NCBI GenBank assembly: GCA_019058365.1
Contig: JAHPZE010000016.1
Coordinates: forward strand, 1 to 64,000
Direction: 5' to 3'
Length of the DNA: 64,000 nt
Source: Promethearchaeota archaeon
GTDB taxonomy: Archaea; Asgardarchaeota; Lokiarchaeia; Sigyniarchaeales; SOKP01
In this document: positions 19,337-30,099 of the stretch, piece after piece
Layout of the letters: the number at the start of each line of letters is the position of its first letter
How positions within the stretch are numbered: the stretch's first letter is position 1
Position numbers and translations under genes: made by a program
Notes under the pieces: model-generated
Database searches by the model: none
What the model saw: only the letters and a program-made list of their open reading frames with translations
What the model was told of the DNA's origin: nothing

Positions 19337-20134
19337 CTAATAGATATTAATTTCAATTTTCTCATCGTCAATTGTCTCTTTAAAGATGGCAGCGATTTCT
19401 CTTTTCTTTTCATCATCTATAGCATAAGCAAAATATTCAGCCGGAATTCTCGCAGTTGAGTAAATTTGTATAATATTTGGTTTTATCAATTTTAATGCAT
19501 GAGCTAAATCGAGAATATTTCTGGAATTATTATTTGGAGAAAAATCTTTTTTATAAGAATTATAAATTAAACATTGAATTGCTAATTTGTGTGTTTTAGG
19601 CATTTCTTGTTTCAGTTTAATTAATGACTCAATAATCATTTCGATATTAGGAGTATCATGATGTGGACGGTTAGTTCTCTTAAAATCAACATCATTAGCT
19701 GCGTCTAATTTTGCTAAAACTAACTCGAATTGATTGACTCTTTTTCTTATTCCATCAATATGTAAAGTACTAGAGTTTGTAAATAATGTAAGGATTGGTT
19801 TTTCATTTGGCCAATTTATGTCATTCCTGACATCCTCTGCTATTTTAAGAAAATCTAAAAGATTTTCATTCAAACTAGGTTCTCCATTGTAACCAAAGGT
19901 AATGGAGTTCAGATGTGGAAAATAGTGTAAAATTGATTTTAATTCTTTTCTGAAATTGGGTGATGGTGGTAATTTTATATTGTAATCGGGAGAAACTAAA
20001 TTTTCTTTTTTTGTTAAACCAATTTCACAGTATACACAATTATATGTACATAATTTATAATTAGCTAAAACATTCACACCTAAAGAAAGTCCTAATCGCC
20101 TCGACTGAAATGGCCCATAAGTATACTGACGCAT
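19337..20134 (-). CDS. Radical SAM protein
   Basis: YGP..SRRLG.SLG, CTYNCVYC, GEP. Confidence 0.85.
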   Translation of the reverse strand: MRQYTYGPFQSRRLGLSLGVNVLANYKLCTYNCVYCEIGLTKKENLVSPDYNIKLPPSPNFRKELKSILHYFPHLNSITFGYNGEPSLNENLLDFLKIAEDVRNDINWPNEKPILTLFTNSSTLHIDGIRKRVNQFELVLAKLDAANDVDFKRTNRPHHDTPNIEMIIESLIKLKQEMPKTHKLAIQCLIYNSYKKDFSPNNNSRNILDLAHALKLIKPNIIQIYSTARIPAEYFAYAIDDEKKREIAAIFKETIDDEKIEINIY

Positions 20135-20141
20135 ATTTATA

Positions 20142-20912
20142 CTAATTAAATTTTAAATTATTATTAATAAAGTTCTCTATTGCTTTATTCAATTGCTTAG
20201 GTTTTTCTAACATTAGAGTATGACCAGCTTTATTAATTATACAAAGTACTGAGTTTCTTATTTTTTCATGAAAAAATTGTGAATATTTTACTGGTGTTAA
20301 TTGATCAGCTTTTCCGCAGATAATTAAAGAAGGTATATCAATCGAACTTGTTTTATCCATTGTATCAAAAGAATCACAAATTTTAAAATCACTATAAGTT
20401 ACCTCTGGATTTATTTGGGAGGTTTCTAGTAAAGAATCATCTATTATTTCTTTAGGGGTTTTTCTATAAAATGCTCCAGTCCGTAAATAATCTAAATACT
20501 TTTGGTAATCCGTTTTTATTGAATTAAAGATGAAAGGACTTACGCGCATTCTTGCTCCTGTAGCACATAAAATTAGAGCAGAAATGTCATTTGGATACTT
20601 AAAATAGTATTCTTGACCAATAATTCCTCCCATAGAATGTCCACACAAAATTAATTTTTCAGGCTTTAATGAATGTGCGAGCTTTCTTACAACATCTACG
20701 TATAAATCTAATTTTAATTCTGAGAATATGTTAGATTTATTGTGAGAAGGTAAATCAATTGCGATTATATTAAAATCAATTTTTAAATAGAATTGATTGT
20801 CCCATATATTTGAATTACCTCCCGCTCCATGTATGAAAATTAGTATCTTTTTAGAATTATTATCTTTAATCTGGTAAAAAATTTGCTTTCCAGAATATTC
20901 AAAGTATGGAAT
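20142..20912 (-). CDS. Alpha/beta hydrolase (256 aa; extends 88 codons beyond the ORF track to a probable AUU start)
   Basis: Open frame upstream of 20648 encodes IPYFEYSGKQIFY...IFIHGAGGNS..W...IAIDLPSH, then GHSMGG, D and GH. An in-frame TAA precedes ATT at 20912, with SD-like GGTG 6 nt upstream. Confidence 0.85.
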   Translation of the reverse strand: MPYFEYSGKQIFYQIKDNNSKKILIFIHGAGGNSNIWDNQFYLKIDFNIIAIDLPSHNKSNIFSELKLDLYVDVVRKLAHSLKPEKLILCGHSMGGIIGQEYYFKYPNDISALILCATGARMRVSPFIFNSIKTDYQKYLDYLRTGAFYRKTPKEIIDDSLLETSQINPEVTYSDFKICDSFDTMDKTSSIDIPSLIICGKADQLTPVKYSQFFHEKIRNSVLCIINKAGHTLMLEKPKQLNKAIENFINNNLKFN

Positions 20913-21022
20913 TTATAACACCATTATATATAATTTATAATATAGATTAAAAAAAGATACTAATTTAGTTTTATCAAAATTATAACGCGAAATTTACGCA
21001 AGTTTAGTTTTAAAAGCAACTT

Positions 21023-23242
21023 TTAATCAGTTAAATCAACATCTCTATGTTGCATTTCTAAAAGACGCTTATATTTTCCATTTAAAGAAATTAATCGCTT
21101 GTGATCCCCTTGTTCTATTATCCCTTTCGCACCAGCATTTAAAACGATAATAAGATCAGCATTTTTAATCGTTGAAAGACGATGAGCAATAATTATTGTT
21201 GTACGTCCTTTACGTGCCTTATTTAAAGCATCCTGAATTAAGGTTTCAGTATAAGGGTCTACCGAAGAAGTTGCCTCATCTAAAATTAAGATTTTAGGAT
21301 CAGTAATTAAAGCACGGGCAAAAGCTATTAATTGTCTTTGTCCAATTGAAATATTACTGGCATTTTCTTTTAATTTAGTATCGTATTTTTTGTATAAAGC
21401 GTCAATAAAATTATGAAGTCCTAAAAACTTTGAGACTTCTATCATCTTTTCTTCAAGTTCTGGTGTAAGGGTGTCATATCCATATAATATATTTTCTCGA
21501 ATAGTTCCAGTAAATAAAAATGCTTCTTGAGGGACAATTCCAATTAAATCTCTTAAATCTTTTTTCTTAAGCTTTAATATATCAACACCATCAATAAGAA
21601 TCTTTCCTTTATTTACATCATAAAATCGAGCAATTAATTTAATTAACGTTGTTTTACCAGCTCCAGTTTCCCCCACAATTGCTAATGTTATTCCCTCTGG
21701 AACTTTTAAAGAAAGATCTTTTAAAACAAAACCCTTAGATTCTATATGTTGAAGAAGTATTTTTTGTTCATTAATTGCATCTTGTACTAATTTTGGTATT
21801 CTTTCATTTATCTCGGGAGGTATAGATATTTTACAAAGAGTTTCCAAAATAGTTTGAGGTGACTTTTGTTCCCTTTCATTACTAATCATTCCTACTCCCT
21901 CTCCACTTAAACCACCACTCTGCTGAAGATTTGTTTTCGATCTTAATATTTGTTCTAAAAATTTAACCATATCTAGAATTCTTTTAGAAGTTATATTATT
22001 ATCAAATTTATAAGACTCAACTAATCTTTGTTTCTTGGACTCATTTTTCACACTTTCGTTATTAAGAATATAACCAAAGCTCACATTGTCAAATTCAATA
22101 GTACCATTTTTTTGTTCAAGTAATATTGGATTCTTTATATCAGGGATCTCAACTTGTTCTTCTAATAACGAATAAATTCGATTACTAGCTGCAAGAGCAG
22201 ATTCGATAACATTTTGAATTTGCATTAGTGTCATAAAGGGCCTAAAAAATTGTCCTAAAATCGTGATAAATGCACTTAAGATACCTATTGTAACAGTAAT
22301 CCCGAAAAGTGAAATCTTACCCGATGCAACAAAACCTCCCACTAATAATATAGTTGCTGTAATAATTGTTGTTGTAAGATTGATTAAAGGAAAAACAGTT
22401 GCCATATAATTTCGAATCTTAACCGTAATTTTATAATTTGCTGTATTTGCTTGATCAAATTCAATCGTAGCTCGTTTTTCTTGCCCATATGCTTTCACTA
22501 CTTTTGCCCCCTCAATATTTTCCTGTATTGAAGAAGTAACCTTCCCAATTGTTCTTCTCTCCTCCTTAAATAATAAAGTAGCAACTTTTTTAAAAAATCG
22601 AGTAATTATAAAAAAGAAAGGAAAAATTATCAGACTAATTAATGCTAAACCTACATTGAGGAAGAACATAAAAATCACAGTTAATCCAATCGAAACCATA
22701 CTTGTTATAATCTGAACAAATTGTCCTCCAACTAATTGATTAAGTAAAGTAACATCATTTGTTAAAATGGATATTATTTGTCCTGAAGATCTTTTATCAA
22801 AATAATTTATAGACATATCTTGCAGTTTAAAAAAGAGATCATTTCTAATCTGATAAGTAATGTCTTGAGATATTTTCCCCATCCCATATAATGCAAAATA
22901 ATTAGTAATTGCCATTATTAAAACTAATATTAGAAAAATTCCACTCATAATAACAATATAATAGGCATTTTTCGCAACAATACCTCTATCAATTATATTT
23001 GCAGAAAAAATTGGGGTTAATGAGGAAATTACAGTTGCTATTAAAAGAAAGATAAAGAAAAGGAAGAATTGTAATTTTTGTGGCTTTAAATATGATATTA
23101 ACCATCTCCATAAATCTTTTCTTGGATGCTCTAGTTTCGGTTTGTCGCCTCCTTCTAACATAAAACGTTGACGAGTACTTGCGCTTGGTTGAATTATTTC
23201 TTCTCTTTCCTCATCATCACTTTTATGCTTGTTATCACTCAT
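21023..23242 (-). CDS. ABC exporter (TMD-NBD), consensus-site subunit with ~110-aa NBD insertion
   Basis: TMD plus GETGAGKT, ISIGQRQ, ILDEATS, IAHRLST. Confidence 0.9.
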   Translation of the reverse strand: MSDNKHKSDDEEREEIIQPSASTRQRFMLEGGDKPKLEHPRKDLWRWLISYLKPQKLQFFLFFIFLLIATVISSLTPIFSANIIDRGIVAKNAYYIVIMSGIFLILVLIMAITNYFALYGMGKISQDITYQIRNDLFFKLQDMSINYFDKRSSGQIISILTNDVTLLNQLVGGQFVQIITSMVSIGLTVIFMFFLNVGLALISLIIFPFFFIITRFFKKVATLLFKEERRTIGKVTSSIQENIEGAKVVKAYGQEKRATIEFDQANTANYKITVKIRNYMATVFPLINLTTTIITATILLVGGFVASGKISLFGITVTIGILSAFITILGQFFRPFMTLMQIQNVIESALAASNRIYSLLEEQVEIPDIKNPILLEQKNGTIEFDNVSFGYILNNESVKNESKKQRLVESYKFDNNITSKRILDMVKFLEQILRSKTNLQQSGGLSGEGVGMISNEREQKSPQTILETLCKISIPPEINERIPKLVQDAINEQKILLQHIESKGFVLKDLSLKVPEGITLAIVGETGAGKTTLIKLIARFYDVNKGKILIDGVDILKLKKKDLRDLIGIVPQEAFLFTGTIRENILYGYDTLTPELEEKMIEVSKFLGLHNFIDALYKKYDTKLKENASNISIGQRQLIAFARALITDPKILILDEATSSVDPYTETLIQDALNKARKGRTTIIIAHRLSTIKNADLIIVLNAGAKGIIEQGDHKRLISLNGKYKRLLEMQHRDVDLTD

Positions 23243-23258
23243 CCTTATAGGTCCTTAA

Positions 23259-25022
23259 TTATGATTCTTCTCCAATTTGACTTTCTGACTTTTGTTTTTG
23301 ATATAAAGTTTCATAGATTTGCTTATATAAGACATTTGATTTAACTAATTCACTATGAGTTCCATAACCTACAACACGACCTCTATCTAAAATTAAAATA
23401 TAATCTACACCTCTAATGGTTGATATTCTCTGTGTGATAATAATAGAAGTTATCCCCTTCATTATTCTTGTTAAAGCTTGTTGTATTTTATATTCGGTTT
23501 CTACGTCAACGGAACTGGTACTGTCATCAAGAATTAAGATCTTAGGGTTTGTTAAAAGAGCCCTTGCTATTGATAAACGTTGCTTTTGGCCTCCTGACAA
23601 ACGTGTACCTCTTTCTCCCACGATTGAGTCATAGCCCTTGGGTAAATTTACTATAAAATCGTGTAAATCAGCACTTTTAGCAGCTTCAATTATCTCATCT
23701 CTTGAAGCATCCTCTTTGCCATATGCGATATTTTCTGCTATAGTTTTATTAAATAGAAATGTTTCTTGAGATACAACGCTAATGTTTTTACGTAGATCCG
23801 TTAGTAAATAATTTCTTATATCTTTTTGATCAATTCTAATAGTTCCTTCATTCGCCTCGTAGAATCGAGGAATTAAATTTATTATGGTAGATTTCCCAGA
23901 ACCGGTTGTGCCTAAAATAGCTAGTTTTTTTCCAGCAGGAATTTTAAATGTAACATTCTTTAAAATCCGATAATCAGGTGTATATCCAAAGCAAACATTA
24001 TCAAAATCAATATCCCCTTTTAAATTAGATATAGGTGACGCATTTGGAAGGTCATTTATTTCTGGACTGGAATCTAAAATATCTCTTACCCTAGTAAGTG
24101 CAGCATCAGCTTGAATATATACCAGCATAATCTGACCTAACATCATTAAAGGAAAACCTAATGATGCTATATAAGAAAGAAGAGTTACAACTGTGTCCAA
24201 ATCCATTACTCCATTTATAAACCTAATACCCCCTATGAATAATGAAAGAATTGTCATTACACCGATGATTATTAAAGTAGAAGGCATATATAATGAATTA
24301 TATTTTACAGAATCAACACTAGCTTTATAGAACCTGTCGTTATTTTCTTTAAATTTTTGATATTCTTTTTTTTGAGTACTGAATATCCGCACTACTTGAG
24401 CGCCAATAATATTCTCCCTTATTGTTGTAGTTAAATCACCAAAACTATATCTTGTTTCTAGGAAGATTGGTTTTAATTTCTTTGCAATATAATATGATAA
24501 TAAAAGAGAAATAAAAATTGCTGAAACCAAGATAAGTGATAAATCATAACTAAAAGCAAAAAAGCCAATAATAATCCCAGTAATCTGAAGAGTTGATTGA
24601 AAACCAATTATCAAACCCATACCAAAAATTTGTCGAGTTTCTTCGATATCACTTGTAGCTCGAGAAATTAATTGCCCTGTTTCAGTCTTATCGAAATATG
24701 AAAATGACTGGCGATAAATAGCATTACTAATATCATCACGTAAATAATATAAAGCTCTTGATGAAACTTCAGCCCCATGAAGCCGAGCAGCTCTATTGAA
24801 AATATATATGAATATTCCAAATAGTAAAATAGTAAAAAAATAAAATAAAAATGCTATAAAATTAAAGTTTGGAAGATTTGGATCTAATAATCCAACCATT
24901 CTCCCTATAAAAATGGGAGTAATAGTACTAAAAATTGTAGAAAATAATAAAAAAATGAATTCTAAAATGAATTCTTTCTTCGATCTAAACCAATACTTTA
25001 ATATCATTCGAGCAGAATTCAT
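23259..25022 (-). CDS. ABC exporter (TMD-NBD), degenerate-site subunit
   Basis: GTTGSGKS, LSGGQKQR, ILDDSTS, ITQR (degenerate Walker B and H-loop as in TM287-type heterodimers). Confidence 0.9.
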   Translation of the reverse strand: MNSARMILKYWFRSKKEFILEFIFLLFSTIFSTITPIFIGRMVGLLDPNLPNFNFIAFLFYFFTILLFGIFIYIFNRAARLHGAEVSSRALYYLRDDISNAIYRQSFSYFDKTETGQLISRATSDIEETRQIFGMGLIIGFQSTLQITGIIIGFFAFSYDLSLILVSAIFISLLLSYYIAKKLKPIFLETRYSFGDLTTTIRENIIGAQVVRIFSTQKKEYQKFKENNDRFYKASVDSVKYNSLYMPSTLIIIGVMTILSLFIGGIRFINGVMDLDTVVTLLSYIASLGFPLMMLGQIMLVYIQADAALTRVRDILDSSPEINDLPNASPISNLKGDIDFDNVCFGYTPDYRILKNVTFKIPAGKKLAILGTTGSGKSTIINLIPRFYEANEGTIRIDQKDIRNYLLTDLRKNISVVSQETFLFNKTIAENIAYGKEDASRDEIIEAAKSADLHDFIVNLPKGYDSIVGERGTRLSGGQKQRLSIARALLTNPKILILDDSTSSVDVETEYKIQQALTRIMKGITSIIITQRISTIRGVDYILILDRGRVVGYGTHSELVKSNVLYKQIYETLYQKQKSESQIGEES

Positions 25023-25125
25023 TGAAAGACCTACTTTTATTATTCATTTCTTAATTATCATAAACTTACATAATTAAAATAAATTTTAATTTAAAATTAA
25101 AAAAAATTGTAGAAGTCTCCTAGTT

Positions 25126-25320
25126 TTAACTAACTTACATTTTATTAAAGGATCATACTCCTAATAGGATTAATATAGTTCAATATGCAGCCATGACTAT
25201 GATATCTGTCCATATAGGAAAAGAAGATACACACAAAAATACTGCTCTAAATAGATCGACAATGTTAATAAAAGAGTTGAAAAATGTCACCAGTTGTAAG
25301 ATACCCGCAGTATCAAAAGA
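25126..25320 (-). pseudogene. Remnant of an ABC-2 permease C-terminus
   Basis: Translates to ...FFNSFINIVDLFRAVFLCVSSFPIWTDIIVMAAY*TILILLGV*SFNKM*VS*, colinear with FNPFSYSVDLFRFVLLGVSYFPFWLDLLVTVGFGTALILIGAQSFNKMEISQ of 30100-30891. Confidence 0.85.
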
Positions 25321-25342
25321 AAAAAAGATTTTTTGATCCTAT

Positions 25343-28126
25343 TTAAGAGTTCTCAACTGAGATATCCCTGTATTGCATATCGAGGAGGTGCTTGTAAACT
25401 CCATCCTTTTTTGTAATCAGCTGTTCATGAGTACCCTGCTCCACGATACCTTTTTTATCTTGATCAAGCACCACGATCCAATCCGCATTTTTGATCGTCG
25501 ATAAGCGATGAGCGATAATGATTGTGGTTCGTCCTTCTCTCGCACGATCAAGCGCATCTTGAATTAATGATTCTGTGTAGGGATCTACCGAGGAAGTTGC
25601 TTCGTCAAGTATTAGGATTTTAGGATTTTGGATTAAAGCTCGAGCGAAGGCAATAAGTTGACGCTGTCCGATGGAGATGTTGGAAGCATTTTCTTTTAGT
25701 TTTGTTTCGTATTTTTTAGGGAGCGTTTCAATAAAATTATGGAGACCTAAAAATTTTGAGACATCAATCATCTTCGCTTCCATTTGTTCCTTCATCTCAG
25801 AGCTTAACTGTTCATTATCATATCCATATAACAAGTTCTCCCGGATAGTACCTGTGAATAGGAAGGAATCTTGGGGTACTAGACCAATCAAATTTCTAAG
25901 ATTTTTTTTATCCAATTCCTTTACATCCATATCATCGATCAAAACCTTACCATCAGTAACATCATAGAATCGACAGGTTAATTTGATGAACGTGGTTTTA
26001 CCAGCACCAGTTTTCCCAACGATTGCAATAGTTCGCCCCTCATTTATTTTCAAATTTACATGCTTTAGGACATATCCTATTGTTGCCTCATGTTCTATAC
26101 GGATCCGTTCCTCCTCAATGGCTTTCTTTACGATTTCGGGGAAATCTTTAGTAATCTCTTCGGGTAATGTAAAAGTTGCTAGCATTTGGAGGAGTTGCCT
26201 GGGATTCATACGGTTTCCCATACCGCCGTCACGCATCATTCCGCCAGCTTCACTTCCCATTCCGCTACCACTGCCACCACTTGGCATTCTCGTGCTACCT
26301 TTAAGCATCATTTCTAATTCCCGTACAGTTCGATTAATAGTTTCGGGATTATTTAGCATTCCTTGGAAGAAAGGCGGTGTGGGTTGTGTATCAGGTTCTT
26401 GGCCAATTTTGGATTTTTTAACTGGAACATTTCCGGAGTCTTGATCTTTTATGTATGGTTTTTCTCCCGCTATAATTGTCATCATTGGCTTTGTTGACGC
26501 TGCGGGAAAGGTTGTTCTCAAATCTGGATGATCTTTTGATTGTTGAGTCCCGGGGATCGTAAATCCGTATTTAGCAAAAATTGTATCAATTTTAGCAGGT
26601 ACCTCCTCGGTGGGTGTCCCCATTAAACCAATCAGCATTTCTTGTCTAATCTCTTGGGGAACTAGCATTAAATTTTGCTGGAGAAATGTCTTATACGGTT
26701 CTGGGAGTGTCGAAAAGAAATGTTGTACCCGTTCCATTATTTGCATAGGATTGAAGCCACCAGGAATTTCATGTGGTATTTTCGAAGGTTTTTTAGAATC
26801 CTTTTCACCAGAATCACTGAATTTGAGGGAGGATTTTAGAGCATTTGGTCCCTCGGAAGTGGATGTTTCTAATTCTTGGGGCACATCGAATTTATATCCG
26901 AAGCTCACATCTTCGAATTCAATCGACCCTTTTGGATCCTGAATTTCCATGGGATGTTCTAGATCGGGGAGATCGACTTCTTCATCCAAGACAGCATAGA
27001 TCCGATCTGCTGCCGCCATCGCACTTTCGATGATTTGTTGGATTTGGGTAAGTGCCATAAATGGTTGGAAAAAGTTTGACATATACTGGATGAATGCAGC
27101 CAAAATACCCACAGTGATGGTAATTCCAAAAGGAGCGAAATTAATTATATTTACATACCCTCCGATTACCAAGATACTTGCAGTCAAAACTGAAGACATA
27201 AAAGTTATTAGTGGGAAGAAGGTTGCAAAAATCCTTCGCGCTCGAAATGAAGCTTCGGCATTTTCCAAGTTAGCATGGTCGAATTCGTCCGTTGCTTTTT
27301 TCTCTTTCCCAAATGCTTGGATAGTTTTTGCTCCTGCAATGTTCTCTTGAATTGAAGAAGTGACCTTACTAATTTTTTTCCGAGTTTCCTTGAAAGCACC
27401 GATAACACGATTTCGGAACCATTTAGACATGAAATAGAAGACTGGGAAGACAATCAATGCAAATAGCGAAAGAAAAGGGCTCAATAAGAACATAAACGAA
27501 AAACTTAGTACGAGTGAAATTATACTCGTGATAATCTGGACAAGTTGTCCACCAACTAGTAAGTTCATTTGATCAATGTCATTGGTTGTTCGAGAGATCA
27601 CATCGCCTGAAGGGTGTTTATCGAAGTAGGACATAGACATTTTCTGGAGTTGCTCGAATACATCATTCCGCATCGAAAAAACCACGCCTTGACCTACTTT
27701 ACCCAAACCATAGGAGCCAATATAATTACCTACAGCCATAAATATCATCAAGGAAAGATAAAGAATAGTAATGTATAAAATTGTTTGCGTATTTTTTTCA
27801 ACAATTCCCGAGTCAATCAGAATCCTTGTCAATAATGGTGTAATAGAATTTATTACCGTTCCGGCAGCAATTAATATAACAAAGAAAAAGAACTTTATTT
27901 TATGTTTAAAGAGGTATGAGAATATCCACCGCCATAAGTCACCTCGTGGATGTTCAAGCTTAGCTTTATCGTCCATAAACATCATAGGACCACGGCGCTG
28001 ACCTACGGTAGGACCTATTGGTCGCTCCTGTCTTTCTTTATCTATTTCCTCCAGTCGTTTTGCTTCCTCTGTATCAATATCATCTAAAGATTCTTTTAGT
28101 TTTTCTTCCACTTCTTTATTTCTCAT
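25343..28126 (-). CDS. ABC exporter (TMD-NBD), consensus-site subunit with ~270-aa NBD insertion
   Basis: GKTGAGKT, ISIGQRQ, ILDEATS; paralog of 21023-23242. Confidence 0.9.
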   Translation of the reverse strand: MRNKEVEEKLKESLDDIDTEEAKRLEEIDKERQERPIGPTVGQRRGPMMFMDDKAKLEHPRGDLWRWIFSYLFKHKIKFFFFVILIAAGTVINSITPLLTRILIDSGIVEKNTQTILYITILYLSLMIFMAVGNYIGSYGLGKVGQGVVFSMRNDVFEQLQKMSMSYFDKHPSGDVISRTTNDIDQMNLLVGGQLVQIITSIISLVLSFSFMFLLSPFLSLFALIVFPVFYFMSKWFRNRVIGAFKETRKKISKVTSSIQENIAGAKTIQAFGKEKKATDEFDHANLENAEASFRARRIFATFFPLITFMSSVLTASILVIGGYVNIINFAPFGITITVGILAAFIQYMSNFFQPFMALTQIQQIIESAMAAADRIYAVLDEEVDLPDLEHPMEIQDPKGSIEFEDVSFGYKFDVPQELETSTSEGPNALKSSLKFSDSGEKDSKKPSKIPHEIPGGFNPMQIMERVQHFFSTLPEPYKTFLQQNLMLVPQEIRQEMLIGLMGTPTEEVPAKIDTIFAKYGFTIPGTQQSKDHPDLRTTFPAASTKPMMTIIAGEKPYIKDQDSGNVPVKKSKIGQEPDTQPTPPFFQGMLNNPETINRTVRELEMMLKGSTRMPSGGSGSGMGSEAGGMMRDGGMGNRMNPRQLLQMLATFTLPEEITKDFPEIVKKAIEEERIRIEHEATIGYVLKHVNLKINEGRTIAIVGKTGAGKTTFIKLTCRFYDVTDGKVLIDDMDVKELDKKNLRNLIGLVPQDSFLFTGTIRENLLYGYDNEQLSSEMKEQMEAKMIDVSKFLGLHNFIETLPKKYETKLKENASNISIGQRQLIAFARALIQNPKILILDEATSSVDPYTESLIQDALDRAREGRTTIIIAHRLSTIKNADWIVVLDQDKKGIVEQGTHEQLITKKDGVYKHLLDMQYRDISVENS

Positions 28127-29910
28127 TCTCGAACCACCTTTTCTGTTGTAATTACAGGTTCTATTATAAGTTCTTTTTGTTTTCGATATAATGTCTCATA
28201 AATTTGGCGATAGAGAACATTAGATTGGATCAGGCTATCATGGGTTCCGTATCCTACGATCCGCCCTTTATCCAATATAAGAATCTCATCAGCATTTCGG
28301 ATAGTAGAGATACGCTGTGTGATAATGAATGTTGTTGTATTTTTCATAATACGCGCAAGAGCTTGTTGGATCTTGTATTCGGTCTCGACATCAACAGAAC
28401 TTGTAGAATCATCAAAAATTAGGATTTTAGGCTTGATGATTATCGCACGAGCAATGCTTAAGCGTTGTTTCTGACCACCTGAGAGCCTCGTACCGCGCTC
28501 TCCCACCATTGATTGGTAGCCTTCTGATAATTCCGTAATGAATTCGTGAATATTTGCACTCTTTGTAGCTTCTATAATTTCTTCCATTGTTGCCTCTTCC
28601 TTCCCATATGTAATATTTTCCTTTATAGTTTTATTGAAAAGAAATGTATCTTGGGATACAATTGCAATGTTACGACGTAAATCTGCTATATTATAATCAC
28701 GGACATCCACACCATCAACTTTAATGGAACCCTCACTCACATCATAGAATCGTGGAATAAGATTAATGATCGTGGACTTCCCTGAGCCAGTAGTACCAAT
28801 GATGGCAACCTTCTTTCCTGAGGAAATTTTAAATGTTAAATTTTTAAGAACTCGGTTGCTTGGAGTATATCCAAAGGATACATTCTCAAATTCCACATCT
28901 CCTTGAAGGTTCTTTGCTCTAATAGGATTTGGCTTCTCCAAAATTTCTGGGGAAGATTCAATAACTTCTCGTACTCGGCGTAGAGCAGCATCAGCTTGGA
29001 CATACATAATCATAATCTGCCCGAGAATGACGAGTGGGAATATGATCAGACCAATATAGGATTGGAAAGTAATAAGTGTTGATAGAGATATAATCCCTTG
29101 TATCACCAAGTTGCCTCCGATGAAGAGGGTTAATATAGTCATCAATCCAATTAATATTAAATTAACCGGCATATAAAGCGAGTTAATTTTCACTGAGTGC
29201 ACGCTCGCATTATAAAATCTTTGATTATTAATATTAAACTTGCTAAATTCTTTATTTTGCATGCTAAACATCCGGACTACCTGTGCGCCCACAATATTCT
29301 CCCGAATGGTATTAGTTAGCTCTCCAAAGGCTTCCCGGCTTTCATAATAAATTGGGCGTAGTTTTTTCGTTAAAATTAGAGAAACTGTTAGTGAGGAGGG
29401 AATCAAGATCGCGAAAATCCACATCATCTCGGTTCCGAGGATAGATACAGCAAACAAAACCCCAAATAGTTGGATGATCGCTTGGACCCCAACTGCTAAA
29501 CCGAACCCAAATATTTGATCCGTTTGCTCAACATCTGAAGTAGCTCGAGCTACTAAATTTCCTGCTTCCATTTGATCAAAATAGGCGAATGATTGGCGAT
29601 TTATCGCATTATGTATATCTTTCCTCACAAAATATAGCGCATTCGTTGAAACCCGCGCTCCTAGAATGCGTGAATAACGAAAGATGAGAAAAACTACCAA
29701 TCCTAAGAGGATAATCATAAAAAAGTAAAAAAATAACTCTGGTATACTCATCGGGTTCGGTGAATCAGGATCTAGGCGCCCTACAAGTTGCCCTATGAAG
29801 ATTGGAATAATAAGTTGAAATATTGTTGATAATATTTGCAGAACCAAAGCTTTGGCAAATATACCCTTACTCTTCAGCCAATACTTTATAATCATATGTA
29901 GAGAATTCAA
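28123..29910 (-). CDS. ABC exporter (TMD-NBD), degenerate-site subunit
   Basis: GTTGSGKS, LSGGQKQR, FDDSTS, ITQR; paralog of 23259-25022. Confidence 0.9.
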   Translation of the reverse strand: MNSLHMIIKYWLKSKGIFAKALVLQILSTIFQLIIPIFIGQLVGRLDPDSPNPMSIPELFFYFFMIILLGLVVFLIFRYSRILGARVSTNALYFVRKDIHNAINRQSFAYFDQMEAGNLVARATSDVEQTDQIFGFGLAVGVQAIIQLFGVLFAVSILGTEMMWIFAILIPSSLTVSLILTKKLRPIYYESREAFGELTNTIRENIVGAQVVRMFSMQNKEFSKFNINNQRFYNASVHSVKINSLYMPVNLILIGLMTILTLFIGGNLVIQGIISLSTLITFQSYIGLIIFPLVILGQIMIMYVQADAALRRVREVIESSPEILEKPNPIRAKNLQGDVEFENVSFGYTPSNRVLKNLTFKISSGKKVAIIGTTGSGKSTIINLIPRFYDVSEGSIKVDGVDVRDYNIADLRRNIAIVSQDTFLFNKTIKENITYGKEEATMEEIIEATKSANIHEFITELSEGYQSMVGERGTRLSGGQKQRLSIARAIIIKPKILIFDDSTSSVDVETEYKIQQALARIMKNTTTFIITQRISTIRNADEILILDKGRIVGYGTHDSLIQSNVLYRQIYETLYRKQKELIIEPVITTEKVVRE

Positions 29911-30099
29911 TATATACCCTACTTTTATAAGTTATTTTTTTCTTTTGATTTTTAATTTTAATAAAATCCATTTAAATACTTCATAATCTACTTTTTTCAT
30001 TAAATTGTTAATTCCCTCTTCTTTATTCATTTTTTCATATTCCTTTCCTTTTTTAATTGAAATTTTAATTTTATTATTATCTATTTAAAAAGAATTTAA

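Noticed and set aside
25126-25320. Selenocysteine or recoded UGA readthrough
   Set aside because: The TGA codons align with Gly and Gln of the intact paralog, TAA stops also occur, and the 5' part of the gene is missing.
26075-26893. Intein in the ABC ATPase
   Set aside because: No N-terminal Cys/Ser block, no terminal HN followed by C/S/T, and no LAGLIDADG motif.
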